From Craspedostauros australis (Eukaryota), in the NCBI GenBank assembly GCA_030167865.1, contig JALAGF010000339.1, forward strand, positions 1 to 33,632: a stretch of 33,632 nucleotides of DNA. The letters run 5' to 3'. Below are positions 20,706 to 32,009 of the stretch, piece by piece; position 1 is the first letter of the stretch, and every line of letters begins with the position of its first letter. Under the pieces are notes generated by a model. It was not told where the DNA came from. It ran no database searches and was given only the letters and a program-made list of their open reading frames with translations. Position numbers and translations under genes: made by a program.

Positions 20706-23700
20706 CTACCGCTTGATTTCGCCCCTGTACTTCCCCAAGTACGTCTGGACCGTCTCTTCTCCCCTCGATTCCCATTCGCGACGGTTGGCGAGAGCGTAGT
20801 TGAGGTACTCATCAGAACTCACGCCGAAGACGCCGCATTCCCTCAGCTTTTTGGCAAGCGGGATGATGTAGAAATCGAAGAACGACAACTCACCTTGGTA
20901 CCATCCCAGCAACGGGTCCGTCTCGGACCTACCTTCCTGATACGCGCGGTACATCTCATGGAACAACCGTTCGTTCCATTTCAAATAGATGTGCCAGTGC
21001 TGCATCGTGTGGGCGACGTCCGATGCCTGGATCAGATGTTCGATCACGATGGTCGCCATGCGATTGACTGCGATCTGGTCCACCGGTGGCATTGCCGCTT
21101 CAGCTGCCTCGTCCTGGCTCACCCCGCTAGACAGAGATTCCAGGCCACCCATGATCTCCAACGATCTCCGATTGATGTTGGCATGCAGCGATCGTCGTTG
21201 GTCGAACGACTTTATCCAGCGCGCCTTGCGCACGGATCCCAGCTCCTTGTCCATGATATCGGTGGCGAGCACCATGTTCACCATCAGCTGTCGGAAATGA
21301 TTCAGCTCGTGGTCGTCCATGTAGATGCAATCCCGGAAATCACTGTAACTCTCATCCATCAGCAAGTCCCATGCCAAGTCCAATGAATTCTGCTCCGCCA
21401 CGCTCTTGTTGTTGTAGGTCTGTGCCACGCGGGTGTTCTCCTTCACAAGCTGCGAATTGGGAACGCCATGATGATCGATGTCATGGATCAACGCAGCCAG
21501 GACGCAGCTGAATTGCGTGATGGGATCGGACGTGATGCCGTACGTGAATGCATGCAGCATCTGATCGGACTGTTCCTTCTTGTACTGCATGGCCTTGTAG
21601 TCGATGGTGTCCTTCGTCACGACGCGTGACAGCAGCTTCATCGTGGATTGGACGACGTGGCTGGCATGGGAGAAGTTGTGGAATGGATTGTCACGGTACA
21701 TGCTGGCGATTTGGCGCACGAAGTCTTCCACCTGTTCTCGGACCTTGCCATCCAGCTGGATGGTGGCCGGGTCGCGCAGGTACTGCGATGTCTCGCTTGG
21801 AAATTCGATGGCTTCCTCCAATTCATCGAACGGGGTTCCTGCGACGGTTGGTTGCCATCTGGGAGTGCCTCCATCTGATGACCCCGGGTGAGTGCTGCGA
21901 CGGCCATCCTTTTGATCATCAGCAGGCGGACGCATCGCGACGATCCGTTTCAGCATGGTCAGCAGCGCATCAACGTTCCACTGGATCTCCAACTCCATCA
22001 AAGATACCTGTGTATGCAAGCGCGATCGTCTGCGCCGTTGTGACGATGGCTTCTTCGTGGCAGGCGCCTGTGATGCGGCCTCTTCGATGATGCTGTCGTA
22101 CTTTTCCGTTTCCGTCGCGCCTGTCCCGGCGTGCTCCTCCAAATTCTTCTCGCGCACCTCGCCGACACTACCAACTCTGGCAAAGCCATCGCTGTCGCTA
22201 TCGGCATCGACCGTGGCACCATGACAATAGCTTCCTGACTCATCCCCGCCATCGCTATCAGCGACAGCCTCATCGCGCCGGTGCTGCTGAGCGTGAGCAG
22301 AATTGGAATTGCTGCTCCAAGTGTCCTCCGTAATCGGGTTCCTTGCAGGCGTTTGCACCCAGAATGTGCTGAGTGTCCCCTTCCCTTTGGCGACGATGGC
22401 ATCCCTTCTTGGGATCACCCAGTCCGTTTTGCCGGACGTGACCAGCGCATCCGCAGTCTCTTGGGAGATGTGGATTTCACCCGGCTTGCCGGTTTGCTCC
22501 ATCCTGGCGGCCGTGTTGACTGTGTCACCAAAGAGCTGGAATCGCGACTTATCGCCGCGCAGCACTCCGGCCGTGACGGGTCCAGAATGGAGGCCGATTC
22601 GTATCGACAGATCTTTCGTGCCTGGGCCGAGTGTCATGCACAATTCATGGAGGACCGATTGGAGCTTGATCAAACAACCCTTCGCGAAGCGTGCCATCAC
22701 GACGGCATGGTCTGCTCGTTGTTCGGGAAGCCCAGTCGCCGCGACATAGCAGTCGCCGATGGTCTCCACCTTGAACACGCCCAGCCGGCGAGCCATGCGG
22801 TCGAAGGAATTGTACACTGTTTCCAGCAGCTCGAATACTTGGGAAGGTTCTCGGATGCTTGCCCACGCTGTTGGGTGGTTGGGACGTATGAGAGGGCATT
22901 TGCAAGCGATAGATGGCAGTTGGTGAGTATAATGTTGAGCATGAAGTCCTGGACAAAGGATACTCCGCGGGCGGACAGCGCTATCAGATTACAACGACGA
23001 AGGCTCTGGGCATGAGAGCCAGAGAGGTATGCCCATACCGCCTTCCAGACTTGCAGTCGTCAGACCATGACTTACCCGTGAACCCCACGATATCAGCAAA
23101 CAGGACGGTGACTTGGGGAAACAGGTCCGCGATTGGCTTGGCCTTGAAGGGTGGTCCCGATCGAATCTGATCTCCACCGGCTTGCATCCCCACCACCTGA
23201 TCTGCGGCGGCACTAGTGCCACCAAAAGCCGCAAGTGCTTGACTTGCACCGCTCTTGCGTCTTTGCTCCGAGTTGCCCTCGTCGCTGCCGTCCTCATTCA
23301 TGAGCCGGTCTCGCACGTTGTCCGGGAACAGGGAGTTCACGATTGTGCTGGACCGCGTTGCGATCTTCATCACCTTCGATTGCCGGCTCTCCACCATGAT
23401 ATCGTACAGAATGAACACGAAGGTCGTCAACACGAAGGTCAGGACGACCGTGATGGTGTTGATGATCGGTTGGTTGGTGTGATACCGCGAATGGAACGCC
23501 TTCGTGGGATGGAGATGGAGTGTGTACTGGCATGCTTCCAAAGTCCCGAAACGGTCAAAGTCTGACATCACCTCCAGGTCATCCTCCGAAACATGCAGAT
23601 CACCGTTGCCCAGGAAGGTTACTTCCGGTCCATCGATTCGAAACGTGATGACGCCGCCGCACGTGCTACGCACCACCAGGTAAACTCCGTCGATACCCTC

Positions 23701-25470
23701 CGGGATGAGATCATGGAAGTACCCATGCCACGGCATGTCACCCGTGATCATCCCCACCATGTCACCGACGCTTTGCTCGTCTTTGCTGAACTTGAGCGTG
23801 CGCCAAATGGGCGTGGCCATTGTGCTTGAGGGCCATGTCCGACGATCGGCCGTAACTTCTTGTTCGTTGCTGAGCGTGAAGTTGGAAAGCACAGTTGCTC
23901 TGATGGCCTTGACGCGTTCGTGTTCAATGGCTAGGTATGGCCGATCCAACACGTTGAAATTCACGGATGGTGCTTGCTGGAGGATTGGTGATATCTGTGC
24001 CAACGGTAGGAAGTATTCCATCTCCTCTCCGTTGCTGTTGCCATTGATATTGCCGGTTCTCAGAGTGGCTGTTTTGGCTGCTCGTTCAGGCACATTGGTT
24101 TCATCGTGTCGATCGAAGATGTACGGGGTTATGGAAGAGTCGACAGTATCAAGTGCCGCTTGGATCGTTGTGGCAGAGTCGCCCTCGTGAGAGAACTTGA
24201 CGGCATCCTCTATCCACTCTCGATTGTTCAGCTGAAACTGCTCGAACTCGTCTCTCTCGTCAATAGGAACCAGCTGCGTCAGACCGACGAATCGAGTCTC
24301 CGTGAAGTCCATCATGTCTCGGGAAAGACCTTCAAATCCTGCCACAATCACTGAGGGCCACGCTTCGACATCCGATGCAGCCGTGATGTGCAGGCTCATC
24401 GTCTCGTAGGCCTGGACGACTGCTTCTGCATTGAGCTTGGACACGGCGATGATCTCATTGGCGAAGTCATTGAACTGTTGATGTTGTTCATGTTTATATC
24501 GCAGAGAGATATGCAAAAGTACCGTGATGGATGATGGGTGACGAAGTATGTCGCGTTGCGGTTGCGATTTGGTCCGAAGAATGATGCAGCAATGGAGAAG
24601 TTGTGAGATTCGTTTGCGTTGACAAAACGGTTATTGGGAACGAATGAACCGTCCTGCGGCGAATTCGATTGGAAGCAAAAAAGACAGATTTTAAAGCCCG
24701 TTTCTTGTGCCGTTTGTGATCACTCAGCAAGAAATGGCGTTGGTGAAACAAAGAAATAAGCTGCCAAGGACACGACAACGAACCCAACAGACTTCACACG
24801 AGCGTCACCAAAACAGGAATTGCGGCTTTGAACAAGTCCAATTCTGCAGGGGCCTCAAGATCAACGACACTTTTGCTCCGAGTGATGGTTCCAACACGAT
24901 CGGTGAATTGACAAAGGCAATGACCCAAATGCGAATTGTCATGACAACCATCGTGGCATCGGTCATGGGCGACCAACGGATTCCAAATCAACAGGAGCTG
25001 CTGATGCGCATCGCATCATGCTCCGCGCTCGTAACTCCATCAGCACTCACCCTCGTTTCGTACGCCTCTTCATCGTCCGATGCTGATGCTCGGTACACGC
25101 CGTATGCGCTGAGGACGGCCGCGATGCACAGTACCAAGAACACCAGCCCTTTCGAGAATGTGAGGTACTTCGTTTCCTTCCTGGCAAAATCGTCGCCCGT
25201 TGTCTTTCGTGCGCTCCGTGATGACATGAGCTTGCCGCTCCTGTTGCTGTTGTTGCTTCGAGAGCTGTTGCCATCGACACTGTTGGTGCCAATTGCTTCT
25301 GATGTGATGGATTCCATTGAAATCGGGCAAGTTGAATCGAGGCGTCCGCCGCCGCTGTTTCTGTGCTTGCTTTGGCCGTATTCGTCCTTGAAGTTGCTGT
25401 TGCATTTGCTGTCGGCTTTGCTCTTGGTTCCGGGGGATGATTCCATCGAATCGAAGCTGAAACTGCTCAT
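20706..25470 (-). CDS. Receptor-type bifunctional guanylate(-like) cyclase / cyclic-nucleotide phosphodiesterase, copy A (TM-CHASE-like-TM-cyclase-PDE), 3 exons, 1326 aa
   Basis: Exons 25470-25051, 24474-23076 and 22867-20706 (420+1399+2162=3981 nt), GT-AG introns. TM1 GLVFLVLCIAAVLSAYGVY; TM2 IINTITVVLTFVLTTFVFILY. Cyclase motifs: VTVLFADIVGFT|AW, FKVETIGDCY, RIGLHSGPVTAGV, RFQLFGDTVNTAARME. PDE motifs: NPFHNFSHASHV, ALIHDIDHHGVPN, LATDI, QASDVAH. Confidence 0.93.
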
Positions 25471-26027
25471 GGTGATGGCAGGGGTTGGGTTGGAGAATGT
25501 TGCGCTGGTTGCTGCGTGGAAGTTCTGTCAACGTACGAGTACGAGTACTTGTATGCGTAGTGGCACGATGTCACCGCAGCCTTGCTTCTCTCCGAGCGCC
25601 TCCACCTGCGCAGTGTGTGAGCTGTGTGGTTCAGGGAATAGTGCTGTTGGTGGGCCCACGTTTCTGCGAGTGTTGCGTTGCGCGGACTGGCAACAAAGCC
25701 AAAGGGTGCTTCGTCTTGGAAGATGAGGTCTTCCGCAGCCAGGTTGCGTTGATGATGCAATGGATGCGCTGGAGGTTGGACTTGTGTGAGGCGCAACGTG
25801 ATGCAATCCTTGGAAACCTGATTGGTCTTACTGTGATGATCCTTCCTGTTTCTGTGATAATTATAAGGGTATGTGAAGATGGGGACTCTCCGTGGTTGCG
25901 TTGGTGTTGGTGTTGGTGTTGGAACTGTTGTCGGTGTCGATTTGAGATTGTTCTCGTTCGAATTGTGTTGTGTTGTGTCGTCGGAGGTGAGCGATCCTCA
26001 TGCAGGTTGTGACTCTCGCGAGGGCGA

Positions 26028-26082
26028 GTGTGAATGTTGTGTGTGAATGTTGTGTGTGAATGCTGTGTGTGAATGCTGTGTG
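26028..26082. repeat. 13-bp tandem repeat (GTGTGAATGYTGT)4 upstream of cyclase/PDE copy A
   Basis: Units at 26028 and 26041 are GTGTGAATGTTGT; units at 26054 and 26067 are GTGTGAATGCTGT. Confidence 0.9.
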
Positions 26083-26722
26083 GCCACGCCAAAGACCGCA
26101 ACCAGCGCAGATCACACGTGTGCGCGCGCGTTTGAGTTTGTGTTCAAAATCGATGAACCAACCAGGAATTAGAATTAGTCCACCTCCATCTGCTGTGTGG
26201 CTTTGTCTTCTGTTTTCGCTCTGGTAGTTGTCTCCCCAACACGAGTACAACGAGTACCGGTGTCCGTGGTTGTGAAGGCAAAATCGCTTGTTTCCTTCCT
26301 TGGTCGTATTTGCCTGGAGAAGCGCGTGGACAGATCGCAGTTATTGTGTTCTTGGTTGATTTCAAAGCCTCATTGTGGCGTGTTGGTGTTGGCACAAACC
26401 GCATAACCCCCCTCGCGCGTCATCCACATGCGCTTTGGTTTGGCAGGGTTCTCCAATCGGGATGCACAGAGCCACGTGGCGAACAAAGACACCAAGGGTT
26501 CATATTCCCCTTCGCAGAAACCTCTCGCGGATCGCGCACGCAAAACTCTCAGGGCATGCCTGGTCGTTTAACTTTTGCCTGGTGATGCACCAAAAAGAGC
26601 CCAAGGCGTGTCCGCAGAACTGTCATACGAGTAGTCCCCAACAAAACGTCAATTGTGGCATAGCAAACCTCATCCTTCCAGGAAACGGAACGAGTACACG
26701 GCTGCCACGGCTACAGAAGCGC

Positions 26723-26747
26723 TGTTGTTGTTGTTGTTGTTGTTGTT
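26723..26747. repeat. (TGT)8 trinucleotide microsatellite
   Basis: tgttgttgttgttgttgttgttgtt in the spacer between the two cyclase/PDE genes. Confidence 0.9.
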
Positions 26748-27483
26748 TTCGTTGTTGACGATACCCCAAACCACCGAGATGTTTGATTTTGCCGTCCTTG
26801 ATGCATCTTCCTCATCATCTGTCGTGGGAACAGCACAATTGTGCTCCCGGAAAGGCAGAGTTGCTGCAATGCATTGCATGACATCGCATTTGGTGGTGCT
26901 GTCCATGGAAAGATGCATATTGATTCAACTTTACTGCTCAGCTTTCACGTTCCCGAATCATATCTGAGATCGTACTTTCCTGGATTGGAATCATCCTCGA
27001 CTACATTCTGCAACGATGACCATCGTTTCCGTTTCCTTTGCTCATCAACGAGGCTTGGTGGCGCAAAGGAGCGAAGGAGTATGAGGCTCTTTCGGTCCTC
27101 AGTGACCCACTCGTAAAGTAGGTGCTGCAATCCATAAGATCAAGTTGGTGATGCGAGAACGGAAGAGCAGAACGATAGGACAGAACAGCTGCTGCTTTCG
27201 TTTCCAACTGCCTCGCACCCGAGGTACTCTGGAGTGCTTGTATCCGTACCAACCACCCGCGCACTATTCAACTCGTATCCAAATGCATACGACCTAAGCG
27301 TATGTATGAATAATGCAAGCAACACTTGTATTCATACTTTAATGCACATAACCTCCGATGGCCAATCCAACAGACCCTGCCTCCGAGCATGTCTCTTGGT
27401 GCATTTCCTTGTCGAAGTTTCCCCACCTCCCATACTCATACGTGCTTTCCCCACGCTACGCGCTTCGTGCCCATCCACCGGTC

Positions 27484-30400
27484 CTAGGATCGGTCGTACT
27501 TTGCGAGGTAGCCCTTCACCACCTCCTGGCCTCTCATCGCCCATTCCATCCGGTTGGCCTGGGCGTAGTTAAGGTACTCGTCCGACGACACTCCGAACAC
27601 CCCGCATTCCTTCAGCTTTTTGGCCAGCGGGATGATGTAGTTGTCGTAGAAACCCAATTCGCCCTCGTACCAGTTATCTGACGGATCCTTGTCGACTCTG
27701 CCGGCAAGGTGAGCTTTGTAGATCTCGTCGAACAGCTTCTCATTCCACTTGAGGTAGATGTGCCAGTGCTGCATGGTGTGGGCGATGTCAGATGCCTGGA
27801 TGATGTGCTCGATGACGATCGTTGCCTTGCGGTTCACCTGGGTGTGTCCCTGTGGTGCCAAATGGAACCTCGAGGCGTTGATTGCGGTGTGAGCGTGAGC
27901 CTGGGCGTTGCCGCCGTTCTCGAAGAATGCCTTGTGCCAGCGAGCATTGCGCATCTGCTTTTGGTCGCCGTCCATGATGTCCGTCGCGATGATGGAGTTT
28001 ACGACCAGCTGGCGGAAGCGGTCGAGCTCGTGCTGGTTGCTGTAGATGCAGGCTCGCAGGTCTGCGTAGCGAGGTTCGAACAGCAGGCTCCACCCCAGGT
28101 CGATGCTATTCTGTTCTGCCACCGACTTGTTCTTGTAGTGCACCGCGATCTCGCGTTTCTCCTTGATCAGGGTCGTGTTGGGGACTCCGGCATGATCAAC
28201 GTCGTGGATCAGGGCCGCGAAGATACACGCGAACTGCGTGATCGGGTCCGAGGTGATGCCGAAGGTGAAGTCGTGCATCGCCTTCTGGTCGTACTGCTGG
28301 TAGTCGGTGCTGGCCTTCTCCCAGTCGATCTTCGGCGCCACGATACGTGACAGCAGCTTTCGCACTGACTGGACGACGTGGCTGGCATGGGCGAAGGAGT
28401 GGAATGGATTGGAATGGTACATCTTGGCGATGGTCTGGACGTAATCCCTGAGTTGCTCCTGGGCCGCTGTGGGCAACTGGACACCGTTGGGGTTCCTCTT
28501 GTACTTGTTCATCTTGTTGGGCAAGTGGATGATCTCCTTGACTTCGTCCAGAACTGTGCCGTCGATTTCTTCGGTGATGGAAAGTCCCCGGATGGTATTC
28601 GCGTCGATTGCCGTGCTGTGCCTCATCGCGATGATGTTCTTGAGAAGAAGTTGCAAGGTCTCGATGTTCCATTCGACATGGTGCTGGAACTCGTACTCGT
28701 GGCTTGCTGTAGCGCCTTGATCACCGAAAACGTCATCGTCGTCGTCATTGGTGACATGCTGGTCGTCATCATAGTCGTCGCCCACGATGGAAGTGGAGGA
28801 GGCGTCCTTGTTTGCAGCATCTAGTGCCAGAGCTCTGCTGTGCGAAAGGCCAGCTCGTTGACTTCTGTGCCGCACGATCTTGCCATGGGCGCTATGTGAG
28901 CTCTTGTCGATCCCAGCTCTACCACCAGAGTTGGCTGCCTTCGAAGCTGTCTTGCCTCCTTTCGATGACGGTGACGAGAGCGTCTCGACGCCGAGGTAAG
29001 TCTGGAGCTCGCCTTTGCCCTTGGCATGGACCTTTTTCGACCGCGGAGTATACCAGTGCTGCTTGCCGCACCGGGCGAGCTCATCAGCTGCCTGCTGCGA
29101 CAGCTGGATCTTGTCGGCAATTCCGCTGCTCTCCATGCGAGATGCGGTGTTGACCGTGTCTCCGAAGAGCTGGAAACGAGACTTCTCGCCGCGCAGCACA
29201 CCGGCAGTGACCGGGCCTGAATGCAGCCCGAACCTCATCCTGAGCTCGGCCGTTTCTGGCCCCAGCTTCACGGATAGTTTGGTGACCAGCTGCTTCATCT
29301 TGCTGAGGCAATGACGAGAGAAGCGAAACATGACGACTGCGTGATCGGCGCGTGGTTCGGGAAGACCGCATGCGGCAACGTAGCAGTCTCCGATGGTCTC
29401 GACCTTGAAGACCCCCAGCCCTCTGGCGAGCTTGTCGAAGGTGCCGTACAGCGCCTCGAGTAGCGTGAAGACCTCGGCAGGCTCGCGCGTGCTGGACCAA
29501 GCCGTGAAACCGGCCAGGTCGGCGAAGAGGACCGTCACAGATGGGAAGAAGTCGGCGATCGGCCGTTCTTGCAGTTCGTGGGTGTGGTCTGAGGAGCCGG
29601 AACGGGCCGCTATGCCATCAGCGATGTGAGCCGCGTATCGGTTGAGGAAGTGCTTGGGACTCTTCTTGTCCTTCTTTGGTGGCTCGCCAGCCCGATCTTC
29701 TGCATCTCCCGAATGCATCAATCGGTCTCGGACGTTGTCTGGGAACAGGGAGCTGATGATGGCGTTCGAACGGTTTGCGGAGGTGACGACCTTGAGCTGC
29801 CGCCTCTCCACGAGGCAATCGTAGAGGACGAAGACGCCGGTTGTCAAGATGAAGATGGCGACAGTAGCGAGCGTGCTGAAGAGCGGGATCTTCGTTTCGT
29901 ACGTCTTCCGGAAGGCCTTCGATGGGTAGAGGTGCATGGAGAACTGGCAATCCTCCAAGCTCCGGAAGGCTGTGAATGAGGCCTCGACCTCCAGATCACC
30001 GTACGCGTGTTGCTGGTAGTCCACCGGTCCCATGTACTGCACCCGCGGACCTTCGATCATGAAGCTGAACGACTGGTCGCACGTGTTCTTGACCACCAGG
30101 ATGATCCCCTCGATGCCTTCCGGCACCAGGTTGACGAAGAAACGGCGCCATGGCATGGCACCAACGATGGCAGCGACGATTGGATTCTGCTCCCCGTCGC
30201 GATCCATCGTGTACTTGAAGACAGGTGCTGCCATGAAGCTCTCTGGCCACGTGCTTGTATTGTTCTGTTGGTACGGACGATCCAAGTTGAGGACCTCCGA
30301 CAGAATGACTTCGCGGTTATCGATCATGTCTTGGTACACTCGCACGAAGTGAGAGTAGGCGAATCCGTCGTAGTTGATGAGATTGTATCGCCTCGCCAAT

Positions 30401-32009
30401 GGTGCGATGTGCGATGCTGGGGCCAGCAAGGCCTGATCTGCTGGCGAGACGAAGCTCCCACCATTCACAAAGTCTAGACCCCAGATTTCTGGGCGGAAAT
30501 TCAGCTCGGTCTCGGGTGGAATGTGGTTGTATTCTTTGCCCCGTTCGATCCAAATGTGAGATGAGTTTTGAACGAACTCCTCGTACGATGCCCTTTGCTC
30601 TGATGTGACGAACGGTGTCAACGTGACATAGTTCGCCCCCGTGTGGTTGATGATGGGAGCGAACTCGGCCTCGAAGTGCGGGATGATCATGTTGGGCCAG
30701 CTCTGGTCCGTTCCATCGCCATAGGCAGAGACCTGAATGCTGGCGGTTTCGAATGTTTCGAAGACATTCCTCACGTTCATTTGCGAGACCTCTACGATCT
30801 GGTTGGCAAAGTCCAAGAACTGTTCGGGATGAGGCGGCGACCGTGGTTAGATAAGGATCCGGCCAAGAGAGCAGAGCAGAAGTTAAGTGGAGTAGCGTGG
30901 CGTGGAGCGAATGTATCAGATGAGATAGGGAGACGAGAAGGAAAAGGTGGGAAGGGTGCATTGTTTTTCAGCCAACGTCAGATTCGGGCCAGGTCAGCGA
31001 GAATCAAGAAGGCACAGTACGCATACGAGTAGGGCAGAACAGGATTAGGTTGTGATTCGAGGTTTCAGGCGGGTGGATCAGACAGTTTTGGCACGAGAAC
31101 CGGAACAGCAAGTCACGCATACAGCTACTCGCGCCACACCAACATGGAGGAGGAGGATTTGCATGTGTGAACTCGAGCAAGATGAAAACCGAATCGGATG
31201 GGAATTCACACCCAGATCCGAACCGGCATGGCTGATTAACACGCGTGCTGCCAAGAGTAGTGGCCACATAGTCACTCTTTCGACAACAGTGCGCTGCGTG
31301 ACACTCTTCTGCTCTACCTTCGTATCTGTGTTGGTATGGTACTCACCCTTGTCTCGAAGTCGCCTGATTCGGTGTCGGATGTAAACCAGTACACGACCCC
31401 CGCTGTGACTCCCGTGGCTACGAGGAGCACCAAAGCCACCAGAGCCTTGGCTCCGGCCACGTACTTGGTTTCCTGCGCGTGCTCAGGGGAGCTGTTGCGT
31501 TGGGCGAAGCTGCGCCGGTTCATGTGGCCGCCAGAGATGGATGAGTTCGTGGAACCTATGGACGAGAAGTGGTTTGGGCTCTTCGAGCTCGATGGTGCGC
31601 TTGAGGCGTGGCTGTGCTTTGACGAAAACGTGCTGCCTTCCTCCATATCCTTAGTCGATCCATCTTCTTGTGACATGGATCTGGTCGGAGTCAGGAGGCT
31701 GTTAGAGCTGGACTTGGCTGGGGTGCTCTCGTTATCGTCAAGGCTGGTACCATTGACCTGAGGCACTTTCTTCTCGGCTGCGCCGGCTGGACTAGCTTGG
31801 AGGCCGCCCATCGCGTTGTGAGGGTTGATACGATTACCATGGGCATCGACGTCTCCTGGAGACCTTCCCGGTGCGTAGGCGTGGTGAACTCCGCTCTCTG
31901 GTTGGTGGACGCGTCCGAATGTGGGATCGTTACCGCTGTGCTCGTGCAGAGTATCGTCGCGATCGTCCCCATCGGTGGAAGCGTGGATATGCTGTGGATT
32001 AGGTGCCAT
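27484..32009 (-). CDS. Receptor-type bifunctional guanylate(-like) cyclase / cyclic-nucleotide phosphodiesterase, copy B (TM-CHASE-like-TM-cyclase-PDE), 2 exons, 1332 aa
   Basis: Exons 32009-31347 and 30819-27484 (663+3336=3999 nt); intron GTGAGT...AACAG joins DFETR|FLDFANQ. TM1 ALVALVLLVATGVTAGVVYWF; TM2 LFSTLATVAIFILTTGVFVLY. Cyclase motifs: FADLAGFTAW, FKVETIGDCY, RFQLFGDTVNTASRME. PDE motifs: NPFHSFAHASHV, ALIHDVDHAGVPN, IATDI, QASDIAH. Confidence 0.94.

Noticed and set aside
20706-25470. Treating ORFs 20706-22817, 22984-24516 and 24988-25470 as separate genes or a frameshifted pseudogene
   Set aside because: Canonical GT-AG introns join them in frame, and the product is colinear with copy B.
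24707-25726. 339-aa plus-strand ORF
   Set aside because: Antisense to exon 1, intron and UTR of cyclase/PDE copy A; low complexity and no family signal.
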